Assembly (NCBI GenBank): GCA_963726435.1
Contig: CAVSCJ010000006.1
Span: 124,664-188,663 of the forward strand
From: an uncultured Coriobacteriia bacterium
GTDB lineage: Bacteria > Actinomycetota > Coriobacteriia > Anaerosomatales > PALSA-660
Direction of reading: 5' to 3'
DNA: 64,000 bases
Shown here: positions 54,261 through 63,588 of the stretch, one piece after another
Numbering within the stretch: position 1 is the first letter of the stretch
Layout of the letters: every line of letters begins with the position of its first letter
Program-made: the position numbers and the translations under genes
Notes under the pieces: generated by a model
What the model was told of the DNA's origin: nothing
Seen by the model: the letters and a program-made list of their open reading frames with translations, nothing else
Database searches by the model: none

Positions 54261-55284
54261 CCAGGTGACGTACGTCGGCGCACCCGGAAGCCTCGAACAG
54301 CGCCTCGCGGCGGAGCAGGGCGTCGGGTTCGTCGCTGTTCCCGCGACCGGATGGGATCGTGCCCGCCCTATGACGCTCCTCACGGGAGCGGGCACGGCCG
54401 TGGCCTCCACTCTGCGCTGTCTGCGTCTGCTGCGCCGTGAGCGCGCCGACGTGGTGGTCGGCTTCGGTGGATACGTCTCCGTCCCGCTCTCGCTGGCGGC
54501 CGTCCTGCGCGGCGTCCCGCTGGTCCTTCACGAGTCGAATTCCGTGCCTGGGGTCGCCAACCGCTTCCTCGCGCGCTTCGCGCGGACCGTCTGCGTGACC
54601 TACTCCGATTCCGTGGCCCTGCTTCCGCATCCCGAACGCGCGGTCGTAACCGGCGATCCGGTTCGCGAGTCCGTCCTGAGCGCCGATCGTGAGGCAGGTC
54701 GCGCGGCCTTCTCGATCGGAGCGGGGGAGACGCTCCTGCTCGTCTTCGGCGGGAGCCGTGGCGCGCGGCACCTCAACGGAGCGCTTGTGGCGTTGAGGGA
54801 GCGCCTTGGTCTCATGTCCGGCCTCAGGATCGTGCAGATCGCGGGCCCGTCGGAGGCGGCGGGCGTGCGCGCTGCCTTGGACTCCCAAGGTGGTCTCCCG
54901 GCCTGGTGGCAGGTTCTCGACTACGCCTCGGAGATCGGGGATCTGCTCGCCGCATCCGATCTTGTGGTCTGCCGCGCCGGCGCCACCACGCTCGCAGAGG
55001 TCTCCGCACTCGGGAAGGCTTCCGTGCTCGTGCCGTATCCGTACGCGACAGACGATCACCAGACGCTCAACGCCGGACCCTTCCTGCGCGCCGGGGCGGC
55101 GGTCGTCATATCGGACGCCGATCTGGACGGTCCCGTCTTTGCCTCCGTCCTGCTCGCCCTGCTCGCCGATCCCGCTGCGCGGGCCAGGATGGAGTCGGCG
55201 GCGTCCTCGCTCGGCCGGCCGGAGGCTGCTAGCGCCGTGGTGCGGGCAGTGACAGCCGCGGCCGGGGCCCGGGAGGCGGCATGA
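54172..55284 (+). CDS. murG: Lipid II synthase MurG (undecaprenyl-PP-MurNAc-pentapeptide GlcNAc transferase)
   Basis: GTG 54172 with GGAAGGGAG upstream. N-terminal motif VLVSGGGTAGHVYPA. About 370 aa. Confidence 0.9.
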   Translation: MRVLVSGGGTAGHVYPALTVAALVSADARDQVTYVGAPGSLEQRLAAEQGVGFVAVPATGWDRARPMTLLTGAGTAVASTLRCLRLLRRERADVVVGFGGYVSVPLSLAAVLRGVPLVLHESNSVPGVANRFLARFARTVCVTYSDSVALLPHPERAVVTGDPVRESVLSADREAGRAAFSIGAGETLLLVFGGSRGARHLNGALVALRERLGLMSGLRIVQIAGPSEAAGVRAALDSQGGLPAWWQVLDYASEIGDLLAASDLVVCRAGATTLAEVSALGKASVLVPYPYATDDHQTLNAGPFLRAGAAVVISDADLDGPVFASVLLALLADPAARARMESAASSLGRPEAASAVVRAVTAAAGAREAA

Positions 55285-56666
55285 CTCGCACCTACGCCCA
55301 CTTCATCGGAGCCGGAGGCGCCGGGATGAGCGGGATCGCCCGCGTGCTGCACGACCGGGGAGTGGTCGTCACCGGGTCGGACCTGCGCGACTCCCGCTAC
55401 TCGGCGGCGCTGCAGAAGGCGGGCGTGACGGTGCATATCGGCCACGATGCGGCGAACCTCGGCGAGCCCGAGATCGTAGTCGTTTCGGCTGCGATCCCGG
55501 AGACCAACCCCGAGCTCGTCGAAGCGCGCCGTCGAGGTATCCCGGTCTGGCCGAGGGCGCGGATGCTCGCGGAACTCGCCGGGAAGAGGCTCACTGTCGC
55601 CGTCGCGGGAACGCACGGGAAGACGACCACGAGTTCGATGGCCGCGTCCGCCCTGATCGAGGCGGGGGCGGACCCCACCTTCCTGATCGGCGGGGAGCTC
55701 ACGGACGTCGGCAGCAATGCCCGCTGCGGCAACGGAGTGCACTACGTGGTCGAGGCGGACGAGTCCGACGGCTCGTTCCTCTATCTCGACCCGTACTGCG
55801 CGATAGTGACGAACGTCGAGGCGGACCACCTCGACCACTACGCGTCGCTCGACGAGATCGTGGACATCTTCCGCCAGTTCCTGTCGCGGGTCAGGTCCGA
55901 CGGCGTCGCAGTACTGTGCGCCGACGACGAGCGTCTCATGGGCTTGGCGCCCGGGTGCACGACACGGGTGGTCACCTACGGGCGTTCGAAGTCCGCCGAA
56001 GTGAGGATCCTCTCCTACGAGGCCAACGAAGGCGGCGGAGCGTTCGAGGTGGCCTTCCCCGACGGCCGCCAGTTCTCGTGTTCGATCCGGACACCCGGAG
56101 AGCACATGGCCCTCAATGCCGCCGGCGTTCTCGCCGCGGCCTGGGCCCTGGGGATCGATCTGGAAGCGGCAGTGCGCGGGATCGCGGGGTTCGGGGGAGT
56201 GAAGCGCAGGTTCGAGCACGTCGGAGCGGTCCGAGACGTCGAGGTAGTCGACGACTACGCGCACCATCCCACCGAAGTCCGCGCCACCCTGACGGCGGCG
56301 CGCGACGCCTCGACGGGAACTCGCTGGGTCGTGTTCCAGCCGCACCGCTACAGCCGCACGGCGGCCTTCGCGCGCGATTTCGGCGCCGCATTCGACGATG
56401 CGGATAGAGTCGTGATCATGGACGTCTACAGCGCGGGCGAGGCCCCCATACCTGGCGTCTCGGGCAAGACAGTGGTCGACGCGATCCTGAGGCACCGTCC
56501 CCGCACCCGGCTCGCGTACTTCCCGCACAGAGCCGACGTCGCTTCCTACGTCGCCGACCGGGTCCTTCCAGGCGACCTCGTGATGACGATGGGAGCGGGG
56601 GACGTGACGGCGATGGGCCCGGAGATCATCCGCGCACTCGCGGAACGCTCCCGGGAAGGCGCCTGA
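55281..56666 (+). CDS. murC: UDP-N-acetylmuramate--L-alanine ligase
   Basis: ATGA overlap with murG. Motifs are FIGAGGAGMSGIA and GTHGKTTTS. Confidence 0.93.
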   Translation: MTRTYAHFIGAGGAGMSGIARVLHDRGVVVTGSDLRDSRYSAALQKAGVTVHIGHDAANLGEPEIVVVSAAIPETNPELVEARRRGIPVWPRARMLAELAGKRLTVAVAGTHGKTTTSSMAASALIEAGADPTFLIGGELTDVGSNARCGNGVHYVVEADESDGSFLYLDPYCAIVTNVEADHLDHYASLDEIVDIFRQFLSRVRSDGVAVLCADDERLMGLAPGCTTRVVTYGRSKSAEVRILSYEANEGGGAFEVAFPDGRQFSCSIRTPGEHMALNAAGVLAAAWALGIDLEAAVRGIAGFGGVKRRFEHVGAVRDVEVVDDYAHHPTEVRATLTAARDASTGTRWVVFQPHRYSRTAAFARDFGAAFDDADRVVIMDVYSAGEAPIPGVSGKTVVDAILRHRPRTRLAYFPHRADVASYVADRVLPGDLVMTMGAGDVTAMGPEIIRALAERSREGA

Positions 56667-57583
56667 TGAACACGAGTGTGGCCCTCTCCCGGCTTCGCGC
56701 CGATGTGAGCGGCGAGGTGAGGGCTCGGGAGCCGATGGCACGCCACACGACATATCGTGTGGGCGGTCCCGCGGCCATCTTCTGCGTGCTCGATACGGTC
56801 CACGATGTCGTGAGTGCCCTGCGCATCCTCGAGGAGGAGGAAGTGGACTGGGCCGTCGTCGGCAAGGGCAGCAACCTGCTCGTGGCGGACGCCGGCTACG
56901 ACGGCGCTGTCCTGGTCCTAGGACGCGAGTTCAAGCGGCACGTCATCGAGGGACAGACGCTGCGCACCGGGTCGGCCGTGGTGCTTGCTCACCTCGTCCA
57001 GGACGCCTTCGGACTAGGCCTCTCGGGACTGGAGTGGGCTGTCGGGATCCCCGGTACCCTCGGCGGGGCTCTGGCCATGAACGCCGGTACGCCGGAGGGG
57101 TGGATCGGCCAGATCGTCGACACTGTCACCCTCTTCGTGCCCGGGCTCGGGCTCACGCTCGTGCACGGCCGCGACGTCGTGTGGGACTACCGCCGTAGCG
57201 GCCTCGCGGGACGCGGTATCATCCTCGAAGCGACGCTGAGAGTGGCGGAGGGAGAGCCGGAGCGCATCCGGGCGGAGATGGAACGCAACCTCGGGAGGCG
57301 CAAGGCCACCCAGCCGATGCAGCTGCCCTGTGCCGGAAGCGTATTCGTCAATCCGCCCGGCGATTCCGCCGGCAGGATGATAGAGGCGTGCGGACTCAAG
57401 GGCCTGCGCCTCGGAGGCGCCTGCGTGTCCTCCGTGCACGCGAACTTCATCGTCAACGAGGGCGGAGCGACAGCGGCGGACGTGATCGGACTGATCCGCA
57501 AGGTCCGTGCGACAGTCAAGGGCGGGTGTGGTGTCGAGCTCCGACCGGAGATCAGATTCCTCGGGAGCTTCGAAGAAGCGTAG
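56666..57583 (+). CDS. murB: UDP-N-acetylenolpyruvoylglucosamine reductase
   Basis: 305 aa with HTTYRVGGPA, GKGSNLLV and AGSVFVNP motifs. Confidence 0.92.
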   Translation: MNTSVALSRLRADVSGEVRAREPMARHTTYRVGGPAAIFCVLDTVHDVVSALRILEEEEVDWAVVGKGSNLLVADAGYDGAVLVLGREFKRHVIEGQTLRTGSAVVLAHLVQDAFGLGLSGLEWAVGIPGTLGGALAMNAGTPEGWIGQIVDTVTLFVPGLGLTLVHGRDVVWDYRRSGLAGRGIILEATLRVAEGEPERIRAEMERNLGRRKATQPMQLPCAGSVFVNPPGDSAGRMIEACGLKGLRLGGACVSSVHANFIVNEGGATAADVIGLIRKVRATVKGGCGVELRPEIRFLGSFEEA

Positions 57584-57746
57584 GAACGTCTACATCTCGA
57601 CGGCTCCGAAGGACCGAGCGCCTACCGGCGCTGGGCGCCACGATACTCCGCGGGCCAAGGGTGCGCGCGCTTCCCGCGCCGACGCCGGCCGGGCGAGCGC
57701 GGCCCGCGAGCGCGCGGCACTCCTCAAGGCGGAGCGGGAGACCCGG

Positions 57747-58469
57747 ATGTCCTCACAGCGCCGCGCCGGGCGCCTGCGCATCGCGGGCATCATAGGAGCG
57801 GTGGTCGCTGTCTTCGTCGCTTGCGCAGCCCTCTACAACTCGCCGCTGTTCACGATCAGCAATGTGGAGGTCGTCGGGGCCAGCCACGTGTCGGCTGACG
57901 CCATCCGCGCCTTGGCCCACGTGCCGTCGAACGCGACGCTGATCCGTTTCCCCGCAGAAGCCGTGGCTCAGAGGGTCTCCGCGAACTCCTGGGTGGCGTC
58001 AGTCTCCGTTTCTCGCGTCTTCCCCTCGGGCATGCGCATCCGGATCGTTGAGCGCGTCCCTGTCGCGATCGTCGACGCCGGTTCGAAGATGTGGCTGATG
58101 GATGCGACCGGCACCACCATCGCGCCGTCCTCGGCTGAGGCGAGCGGCACTCTGCCACTCATCACCGACGTGCCGGGTCTCGATCTGAAGCCGGGGCGCC
58201 TCACAACCTCCGAACCGCTCCTCAACGCGGTCAAGGTGCTGACCGGGATCAGCGCAGCGCTGAGGGCGATGGTGGCCAGCGTGGCCGCGCCTACGATCGA
58301 CGGTACCGCCCTCGCGACGGTCGATCATGTGGAGATCGTTATCGGCGAGGCTGTCGAACTGCCCACCAAGGACGCATTGGCGCGCCGCATCCTCACCGAG
58401 CAACAGGGGAAGGTAGTCTCCGTCGACGTGCGGATAACGGACCGCCCGACGTGGCGTGGGCTGAAGTAG
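57747..58469 (+). CDS. ftsQ: Cell division protein FtsQ/DivIB (start may lie further upstream)
   Basis: ATG 57747. It has a TM helix (IAGIIGAVVAVFVACAAL) and a POTRA-like segment FTISNVEVVGASHVSADAI. The in-frame 160 nt upstream are open and rich in G/C at third codon positions. Confidence 0.8.
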   Translation: MSSQRRAGRLRIAGIIGAVVAVFVACAALYNSPLFTISNVEVVGASHVSADAIRALAHVPSNATLIRFPAEAVAQRVSANSWVASVSVSRVFPSGMRIRIVERVPVAIVDAGSKMWLMDATGTTIAPSSAEASGTLPLITDVPGLDLKPGRLTTSEPLLNAVKVLTGISAALRAMVASVAAPTIDGTALATVDHVEIVIGEAVELPTKDALARRILTEQQGKVVSVDVRITDRPTWRGLK

Positions 58470-58478
58470 GGGAGACGA

Positions 58479-59456
58479 TTGCGTCTGCGAGGATGGGTGC
58501 GTCGCTTGTCGAGGGTCGCTGCGGTCTGTGCGCTCGCGTCCTGTCTGGCGACGACCACGCCGGCGGTCGCGTTGAGCATCGCGGTAGCGCCGGACCTGAC
58601 CGGGTCCGCGGACGTCTTGGTGACCCTCTCTCGGGGCGATCCCATCGGGCCCGTCGAGTTGTGGGACGGAGGGCGGCCCCTCGGCTCGCTGACGGCGACG
58701 TACGGCGTGGCGGTATTCGAGGAAGTATCGCTTCCCGCCGGCCCACACGTGCTGCGCGCGAGCGTGCGTGGCGAGGCGGGGTCCGTTCAGAGCGCCGAGA
58801 CCGGCGTCTACTCGTGGTCGGTGCCGGGAGCGCCGACATGGGATGCTCCGGGATCGAAGGCGGTGATCAGCCCGTCCACAATGAGCGTGCACGCCGGCTC
58901 CTCGACCGCGACGCTGACCCTGACCGTCAACGGCGGGGTCGTCGGCACTGTCCGCTGCCGCCCCGGCCAACTCCTCACCTTCAAGGGCGTGAAGCTTGCG
59001 TCGCACAAGGCCACGGTGACCGTGACCGAGCAGAGCATGACGGGCGAGATCGTCGGCTATGGGCGCACCGTGACACGCTACGAGTTCCCGTATTCGACCT
59101 GCATCGTCATCGACAAGAGCGACTACCGTCTCTACTGGGTCAAGAACCAGCAGCTGATCAAGAAGTATCCGATCGCCCACGGCCGCAACAACTGGACGCC
59201 CGTGGGTGTGTGGAAGGTGGGGGCGAAGTACAGGACCTCGGGGATCTACGGCCCGCGCAAGATGCGGATGTTCAGGCGGATCGGCAGGCGAGGACACTAT
59301 CGCTACGTCTACACGCGCTACGGCATCCATGGCACCAATCAGCCCTGGGTGATCGGCACGATGGCGAGCCATGGGTGCATCCGGATGTACAACCGCGATG
59401 TTCTTGAGCTGTGGCCGCAGGTCCGGATCGGGACGTTCGTGGTCACGCGGAAGTAG
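58479..59456 (+). CDS. L,D-transpeptidase (YkuD domain) with N-terminal Ig-like repeats
   Basis: TTG 58479 with AGGGGAG upstream. It has a signal peptide and two beta-rich modules. The C-terminal YkuD domain carries YGIHGTNQPWVIGTMASHGCIRM (catalytic His/Cys). Confidence 0.85.
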   Translation: MRLRGWVRRLSRVAAVCALASCLATTTPAVALSIAVAPDLTGSADVLVTLSRGDPIGPVELWDGGRPLGSLTATYGVAVFEEVSLPAGPHVLRASVRGEAGSVQSAETGVYSWSVPGAPTWDAPGSKAVISPSTMSVHAGSSTATLTLTVNGGVVGTVRCRPGQLLTFKGVKLASHKATVTVTEQSMTGEIVGYGRTVTRYEFPYSTCIVIDKSDYRLYWVKNQQLIKKYPIAHGRNNWTPVGVWKVGAKYRTSGIYGPRKMRMFRRIGRRGHYRYVYTRYGIHGTNQPWVIGTMASHGCIRMYNRDVLELWPQVRIGTFVVTRK

Positions 59457-59515
59457 GGGAGGATCGCGACCCACCCAGCTGAAGCTTCAGGCTCCCACGG
59501 ACCCCGTCGAGATTG

Positions 59516-59545
59516 TTGACGCCGGGGTCTTGCATTCTCCATAAC
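59516..59545 (+). promoter_or_regulatory. Possible ftsZ-proximal promoter in a locally AT-richer spacer
   Basis: TTGACG (59516-59521), an 18-nt spacer, then CATAAC (59540-59545). The 190-nt spacer upstream of ftsZ is noticeably less GC-rich than its surroundings. Confidence 0.3.
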
Positions 59546-59646
59546 CTTTATGCCAAGATTGAGCGTTGCACGGGTTGTATGACCCTTAACTGGACCCTTA
59601 GACTTTGGTCGATACCCGGCCTGGCCCGAGGGGGAGGAGGCTTCAG

Positions 59647-60732
59647 ATGCTCGAGACAGGTGCCAACTATCTCGCAGTGATCAAGGTCGTCGGTATCGGG
59701 GGTGGCGGCTCGAACGCCGTCAACCGGATGGTCGAGGCGGGTGTGAAGGGCGTCGAGTTCATCGCCGTCAACACCGACGCGCAGGCGCTGCTCATGTCCG
59801 ACGCCGACTACAAGGTGCACATCGGCGCGGGGATCACCAAGGGACTGGGAGCGGGCGCGGATCCGGATGTCGGCCTGCAGGCTGCGGAGGAGTCTCGTGC
59901 CGAGATCAAGGAGGCTCTGCAGGGCGCGGACATGGTCTTCATCGCGGCGGGTGAAGGTGGAGGCACGGGCACCGGAGCCGCTCCCGTGATCGCACAGATC
60001 GCCAAGGAGGAGATCGGGGCGCTTACCGTCGGGTGTGTCACGCGGCCGTTCAACTTCGAGGGACGCAAGCGCGCAGGCGTGGCGGACGAGGGCATCAAGC
60101 GGCTTCGCGACCACGTCGACACCCTCATAGTGATCCCGAACGAGCGTCTGCTGCAGGTCTCCGAGAAGAAGACGTCGATGCTGGACGCTTTCCGCATCGC
60201 CGACGACGTGCTTCGTCAGGGGACCCAGGGGATCACCGACCTGATCACGGTCCCCGGTCTGATCAACCTGGACTTCGCGGACGTCAGAACGATCATGCAG
60301 GACGCCGGGTCCGCACTGATGGGCATCGGGGTCGCGACCGGCGACAACCGCGCGAACGAGGCCGCGAAGGCCGCGATCTCGAGTCCGCTCCTGGAGTCCT
60401 CGATCGAGGGCGCGCAGGGCGTTCTCCTCTCGATCGCGGCTGGCAGCGATCTGACTCTCCACGAGGCCAGCGAGGCCGCCGCTGTCGTCACCGCTGCTGT
60501 GCACCCGGACGCCAACATCATCTACGGCGCCGTGATCGACGACTCGATGATGGACTCGATCCGCGTCACAGTCGTCGCGACCGGCTTCGAGGGCCGGCGC
60601 AAGCAGTCGTCGCTGGCGCTCGACTCGGAGGGCGAGGACATTCTGCCGACGGCGGCCTCCGTTCCATCCTTCGAGCCCGTCGGGGACGACGAAGACGACG
60701 GCATCCCGGTCTTCCTGCGTCGCAAGAGATAG
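59647..60732 (+). CDS. ftsZ: Cell division protein FtsZ
   Basis: ATG 59647 with GGGGGAGGAGG upstream. Motifs are [15 protein letters not shown], the tubulin signature [13 protein letters not shown], and the C-terminal peptide [11 protein letters not shown]. Confidence 0.97.
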   Translation: MLETGANYLAVIKVVGIGGGGSNAVNRMVEAGVKGVEFIAVNTDAQALLMSDADYKVHIGAGITKGLGAGADPDVGLQAAEESRAEIKEALQGADMVFIAAGEGGGTGTGAAPVIAQIAKEEIGALTVGCVTRPFNFEGRKRAGVADEGIKRLRDHVDTLIVIPNERLLQVSEKKTSMLDAFRIADDVLRQGTQGITDLITVPGLINLDFADVRTIMQDAGSALMGIGVATGDNRANEAAKAAISSPLLESSIEGAQGVLLSIAAGSDLTLHEASEAAAVVTAAVHPDANIIYGAVIDDSMMDSIRVTVVATGFEGRRKQSSLALDSEGEDILPTAASVPSFEPVGDDEDDGIPVFLRRKR

Positions 60733-60812
60733 GCTGGCTTCTCCGGGACCGAGCGGCTCCGGGGTTGGGCGCTTTGAGGAACGTCGGCCCGGCTGTAGGC
60801 CGGCGACGAATG

Positions 60813-60856
60813 CGCGGCGGGGTGACGAGGCACAGGGACCTCGTCACCCCGCCGCG
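60813..60856 (+). terminator. Very stable hairpin downstream of ftsZ
   Basis: 18-bp perfect stem (CGCGGCGGGGTGACGAGG / CCTCGTCACCCCGCCGCG) with an 8-nt loop. No U-tract follows. Confidence 0.5.
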
Positions 60857-60942
60857 GCCATGATGAAGGCTATCATCGTGGCGTGGACGTTTCCTCGGAG
60901 TCTGGTCCCGGTCCGGCAGCTGCGGCGGAAGGCGGCGCATGC

Positions 60943-61768
60943 ATGATCGGACTCGTTCGTCGGCAGGCCGGCGACGTCGCCGTGCACGTCGATCCGTGGC
61001 TCCGAGAGGAGCACGGGATCCTGGTCGCCTTCTCCGAGAGAACAGGGGGGACGAGCAGCCCTCCATTCGCCTCGCTGAATCTCGCCTCACACGTGGGCGA
61101 CGAAGCGTCGAGAGTCGATGACAATCGCACCGCGCTTCTTTCCGCGCTGGGGCTCGAGTCTGTCAGGGCACGGCTGACCGCAGCGGAACAGGTCCACGGT
61201 TCCGTGGTATGCGAGGTCGCCGGTGCGATGGCCGGTATGGGCGCCTTCGCGCGCCCGGGTTCGCCCTCTGCCGTCCCGGGGACCGACGCACTCTTCACTC
61301 TCGAGGCCGGCACTCCTCTGATGCTGTGCTTCGCCGACTGCGTGCCGGTGGTCCTTGTAGCGCCAGGTCACCCACGGGCCGTCGCTGTCGTGCACGCGGG
61401 CTGGCGCGGCGCTTTGAACAGGGATAGCCGGAGAGGCCGCCCGAAGACTCGCGGCCGCGACAGGGCACGGCACCGACCAGCTGGTCGCCTACTTGGGTCC
61501 CCACATCGGGCAGTGCCACTACGAAGTTGGGGACCAGATCCTGTCGCAATTCGCCGAGGCGTTTGGTAGTATTGCCGCGGCCCGGGGCCGTTTGGACCTG
61601 GGCGCTGTTGTGTCACAGAGCCTGAATGGGGTCGGTGTGCCGTTCTCGTCTCAGGTCCGCAGCTCCCTGTGTACGGCAGAGCGGACCGATGCGTTCTTCT
61701 CCCATCGCGCCGAAGGCCCCACGGGGCGCCACGGCGCGGTCGCGTGCATTCTCGGGGGTTCGCTGTGA
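60943..61768 (+). CDS. pgeF: Peptidoglycan editing factor PgeF (YfiH/DUF152 laccase-domain protein), interrupted by a frameshift near 61420
   Basis: ATG 60943 gives ...LVAFSERTGGTS..FASLNLASHVGD...ADCVPVVLV...VVHAGWRGAL. The family sequence then continues in the next frame (GIAGEAARRL...YLGPHIGQCHYEVG...CTAERTDAFFSHRAEG, ORF 61493..61768). Confidence 0.85.
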
Positions 61769-62604
61769 GTCTGCGGCGTCCTGTGGCGTCGGCCCTGCTC
61801 GCCGCAGTCGCGTTCGGCGCGATCGCGCTCTCGGGATGCGCGAGGCAAGAGGGCGCGTCCCAGACCAGCCTGCTCGTGACGGGATCGACGACAGTCCTGC
61901 CGATAGCTGAGGTGGCAGCCGAGGATTTCGACGCCGCCAACCCCGGCAAACGCGTGCTGGCAATGGGCAATGGCTCGTCCGAGGGCATCCTCGCGGTCAG
62001 CAACGGCTCGGCCGGCATAGGCACGTCCTCTCGCGATCTGAAGCCCGAGGAGGCAGGACTCGGGCTCGTCGACTGGCCCATCGCTCGCGACGCCATCGCG
62101 GTGATCGTCAACCCTTCAAACCCCGTCGCCGCGCTCACAACGAGCCAGGTCGCCCAGATATTCGAGGGGAAGATCACCAACTGGAATCAGGTCGGAGGGC
62201 CGGATCTTGGCATAGGACTCGTGAACCGCGACGAGGCCTCCGGGACTCGAGAGGCCTTCTCAAAGATCGTCTTGAAGGGTGCGGATTTCGACCCGGCCGC
62301 GGCCGTCCTGTCGGGCACCGGACAGGTCCGATTCGTGGTCGCCCAATCGTCGGGGGCGGTCGGCTACATCTCCCTCGGGTTCGTGGACAAGTCCGTCAAG
62401 GCGTTGGCGGTGGACGGCATCGCCCCGACAGGAGCGACAGTCGCTGACGGCACCTACCCCGTGTCCCGAGTGCTCCACTTCTTCACCAAGGGCCAGCCGA
62501 TCGGCCTGACGAAGGCCTACATCGACTACGTCCTCTCCCCCGAGATCCAAGAGACCGTCGTGCGCGACGCGGGGTTCCTTCCGATCAAGGAAGGGAGCCA
62601 GTGA
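61765..62604 (+). CDS. pstS: Phosphate ABC transporter substrate-binding lipoprotein
   Basis: GTG 61765 overlaps the pgeF stop (GTGA). Lipobox ALSGC, with GSTTVLPIAE and SGTREAF motifs. Confidence 0.88.
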   Translation: MSLRRPVASALLAAVAFGAIALSGCARQEGASQTSLLVTGSTTVLPIAEVAAEDFDAANPGKRVLAMGNGSSEGILAVSNGSAGIGTSSRDLKPEEAGLGLVDWPIARDAIAVIVNPSNPVAALTTSQVAQIFEGKITNWNQVGGPDLGIGLVNRDEASGTREAFSKIVLKGADFDPAAAVLSGTGQVRFVVAQSSGAVGYISLGFVDKSVKALAVDGIAPTGATVADGTYPVSRVLHFFTKGQPIGLTKAYIDYVLSPEIQETVVRDAGFLPIKEGSQ

Positions 62605-62605
62605 C

Positions 62606-63586
62606 GTGACGGCCGAGAGAGACTCCCGGGCGAATGCGTCCGCTCCCGAGATGTGCGTGGACGATCCCGCCGACGCCGCCAACGCCCCGCGCCCCCGCTC
62701 TGACCGGGGCCTGACGACGATCTCCAAGGCGACCTACCTCAAGGAGGCCCTGCTCAAGAACCTCTTCCTGCTGTGCGCGTTCGTGGCAGTGGCAGGAGTG
62801 GGGCTGATCTTCCTCTTCGTCGGGCTCAAGGGCTGGCCCATCTTCGCGAAGGTCGGCCTCTGGGAGTTCCTGAGTGGAGCGAAGTGGTTCCCGACCAAGG
62901 GGTTCTTCGGGATCCTGCCGCTCATCGTCAACTCCATGCTCGCCATGGCCGGCGCTCTCGCCATCGGAGCGCCGCTGGCGATAGGTACGGCGGTGTTCCT
63001 GTCCGAGGTCGCCAGCCCCCGCGTGCGCGAGTTGGTGCGCCCCGCGGTCGAACTGCTCGCCGGCATCCCGTCGGTCGTGTACGGCTTCTTCGGGCTCGTG
63101 CTGCTGCGACCCATCGTCGCGCAGGTCTTCGGCGGACTGGGGTTCGGCCTCTTCACGGTGTGGCTGATCCTCGCCGTGATGATCCTGCCCACGATCGCCG
63201 CGCTCACCGAGGACGCTCTGCGCTCGGTCCCGGAGGGCATCCGTGAAGCGTCCTACGCGATGGGCGCCACCAAGTGGCAGACGATCTCGCGCGTGCTGCT
63301 GCCGGCCGCCAAGATCGGGATCATCGACGCGATCATCTTGGGAATGGGCCGCGCCATCGGCGAGACAATGGCAGTGGTGATGGTCGCGGGCAACGCGCGA
63401 GTGATCCCCGAGGGCATCTTCAAGCCGTTCCTGACGCTGACCACCGTGATCGTCATGGACATGCCCTACGCCGCCGGTGACCACCGGACGGCGCTCTTCG
63501 GCGTCGCCATCGTCCTCTTCATCATCTCGATGATCTTCGTGGCCGCGATCCGCGTGATCTCGAGGTTCGGCAAGGAGATGAGCTAG
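62606..63586 (+). CDS. pstC: Phosphate ABC transporter permease PstC
   Basis: 326 aa with LLAGIPSVVYGFFG and the EAA-loop region EASYAMGATKWQT. Confidence 0.9.
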   Translation: MTAERDSRANASAPEMCVDDPADAANAPRPRSDRGLTTISKATYLKEALLKNLFLLCAFVAVAGVGLIFLFVGLKGWPIFAKVGLWEFLSGAKWFPTKGFFGILPLIVNSMLAMAGALAIGAPLAIGTAVFLSEVASPRVRELVRPAVELLAGIPSVVYGFFGLVLLRPIVAQVFGGLGFGLFTVWLILAVMILPTIAALTEDALRSVPEGIREASYAMGATKWQTISRVLLPAAKIGIIDAIILGMGRAIGETMAVVMVAGNARVIPEGIFKPFLTLTTVIVMDMPYAAGDHRTALFGVAIVLFIISMIFVAAIRVISRFGKEMS

Positions 63587-63588
63587 GA

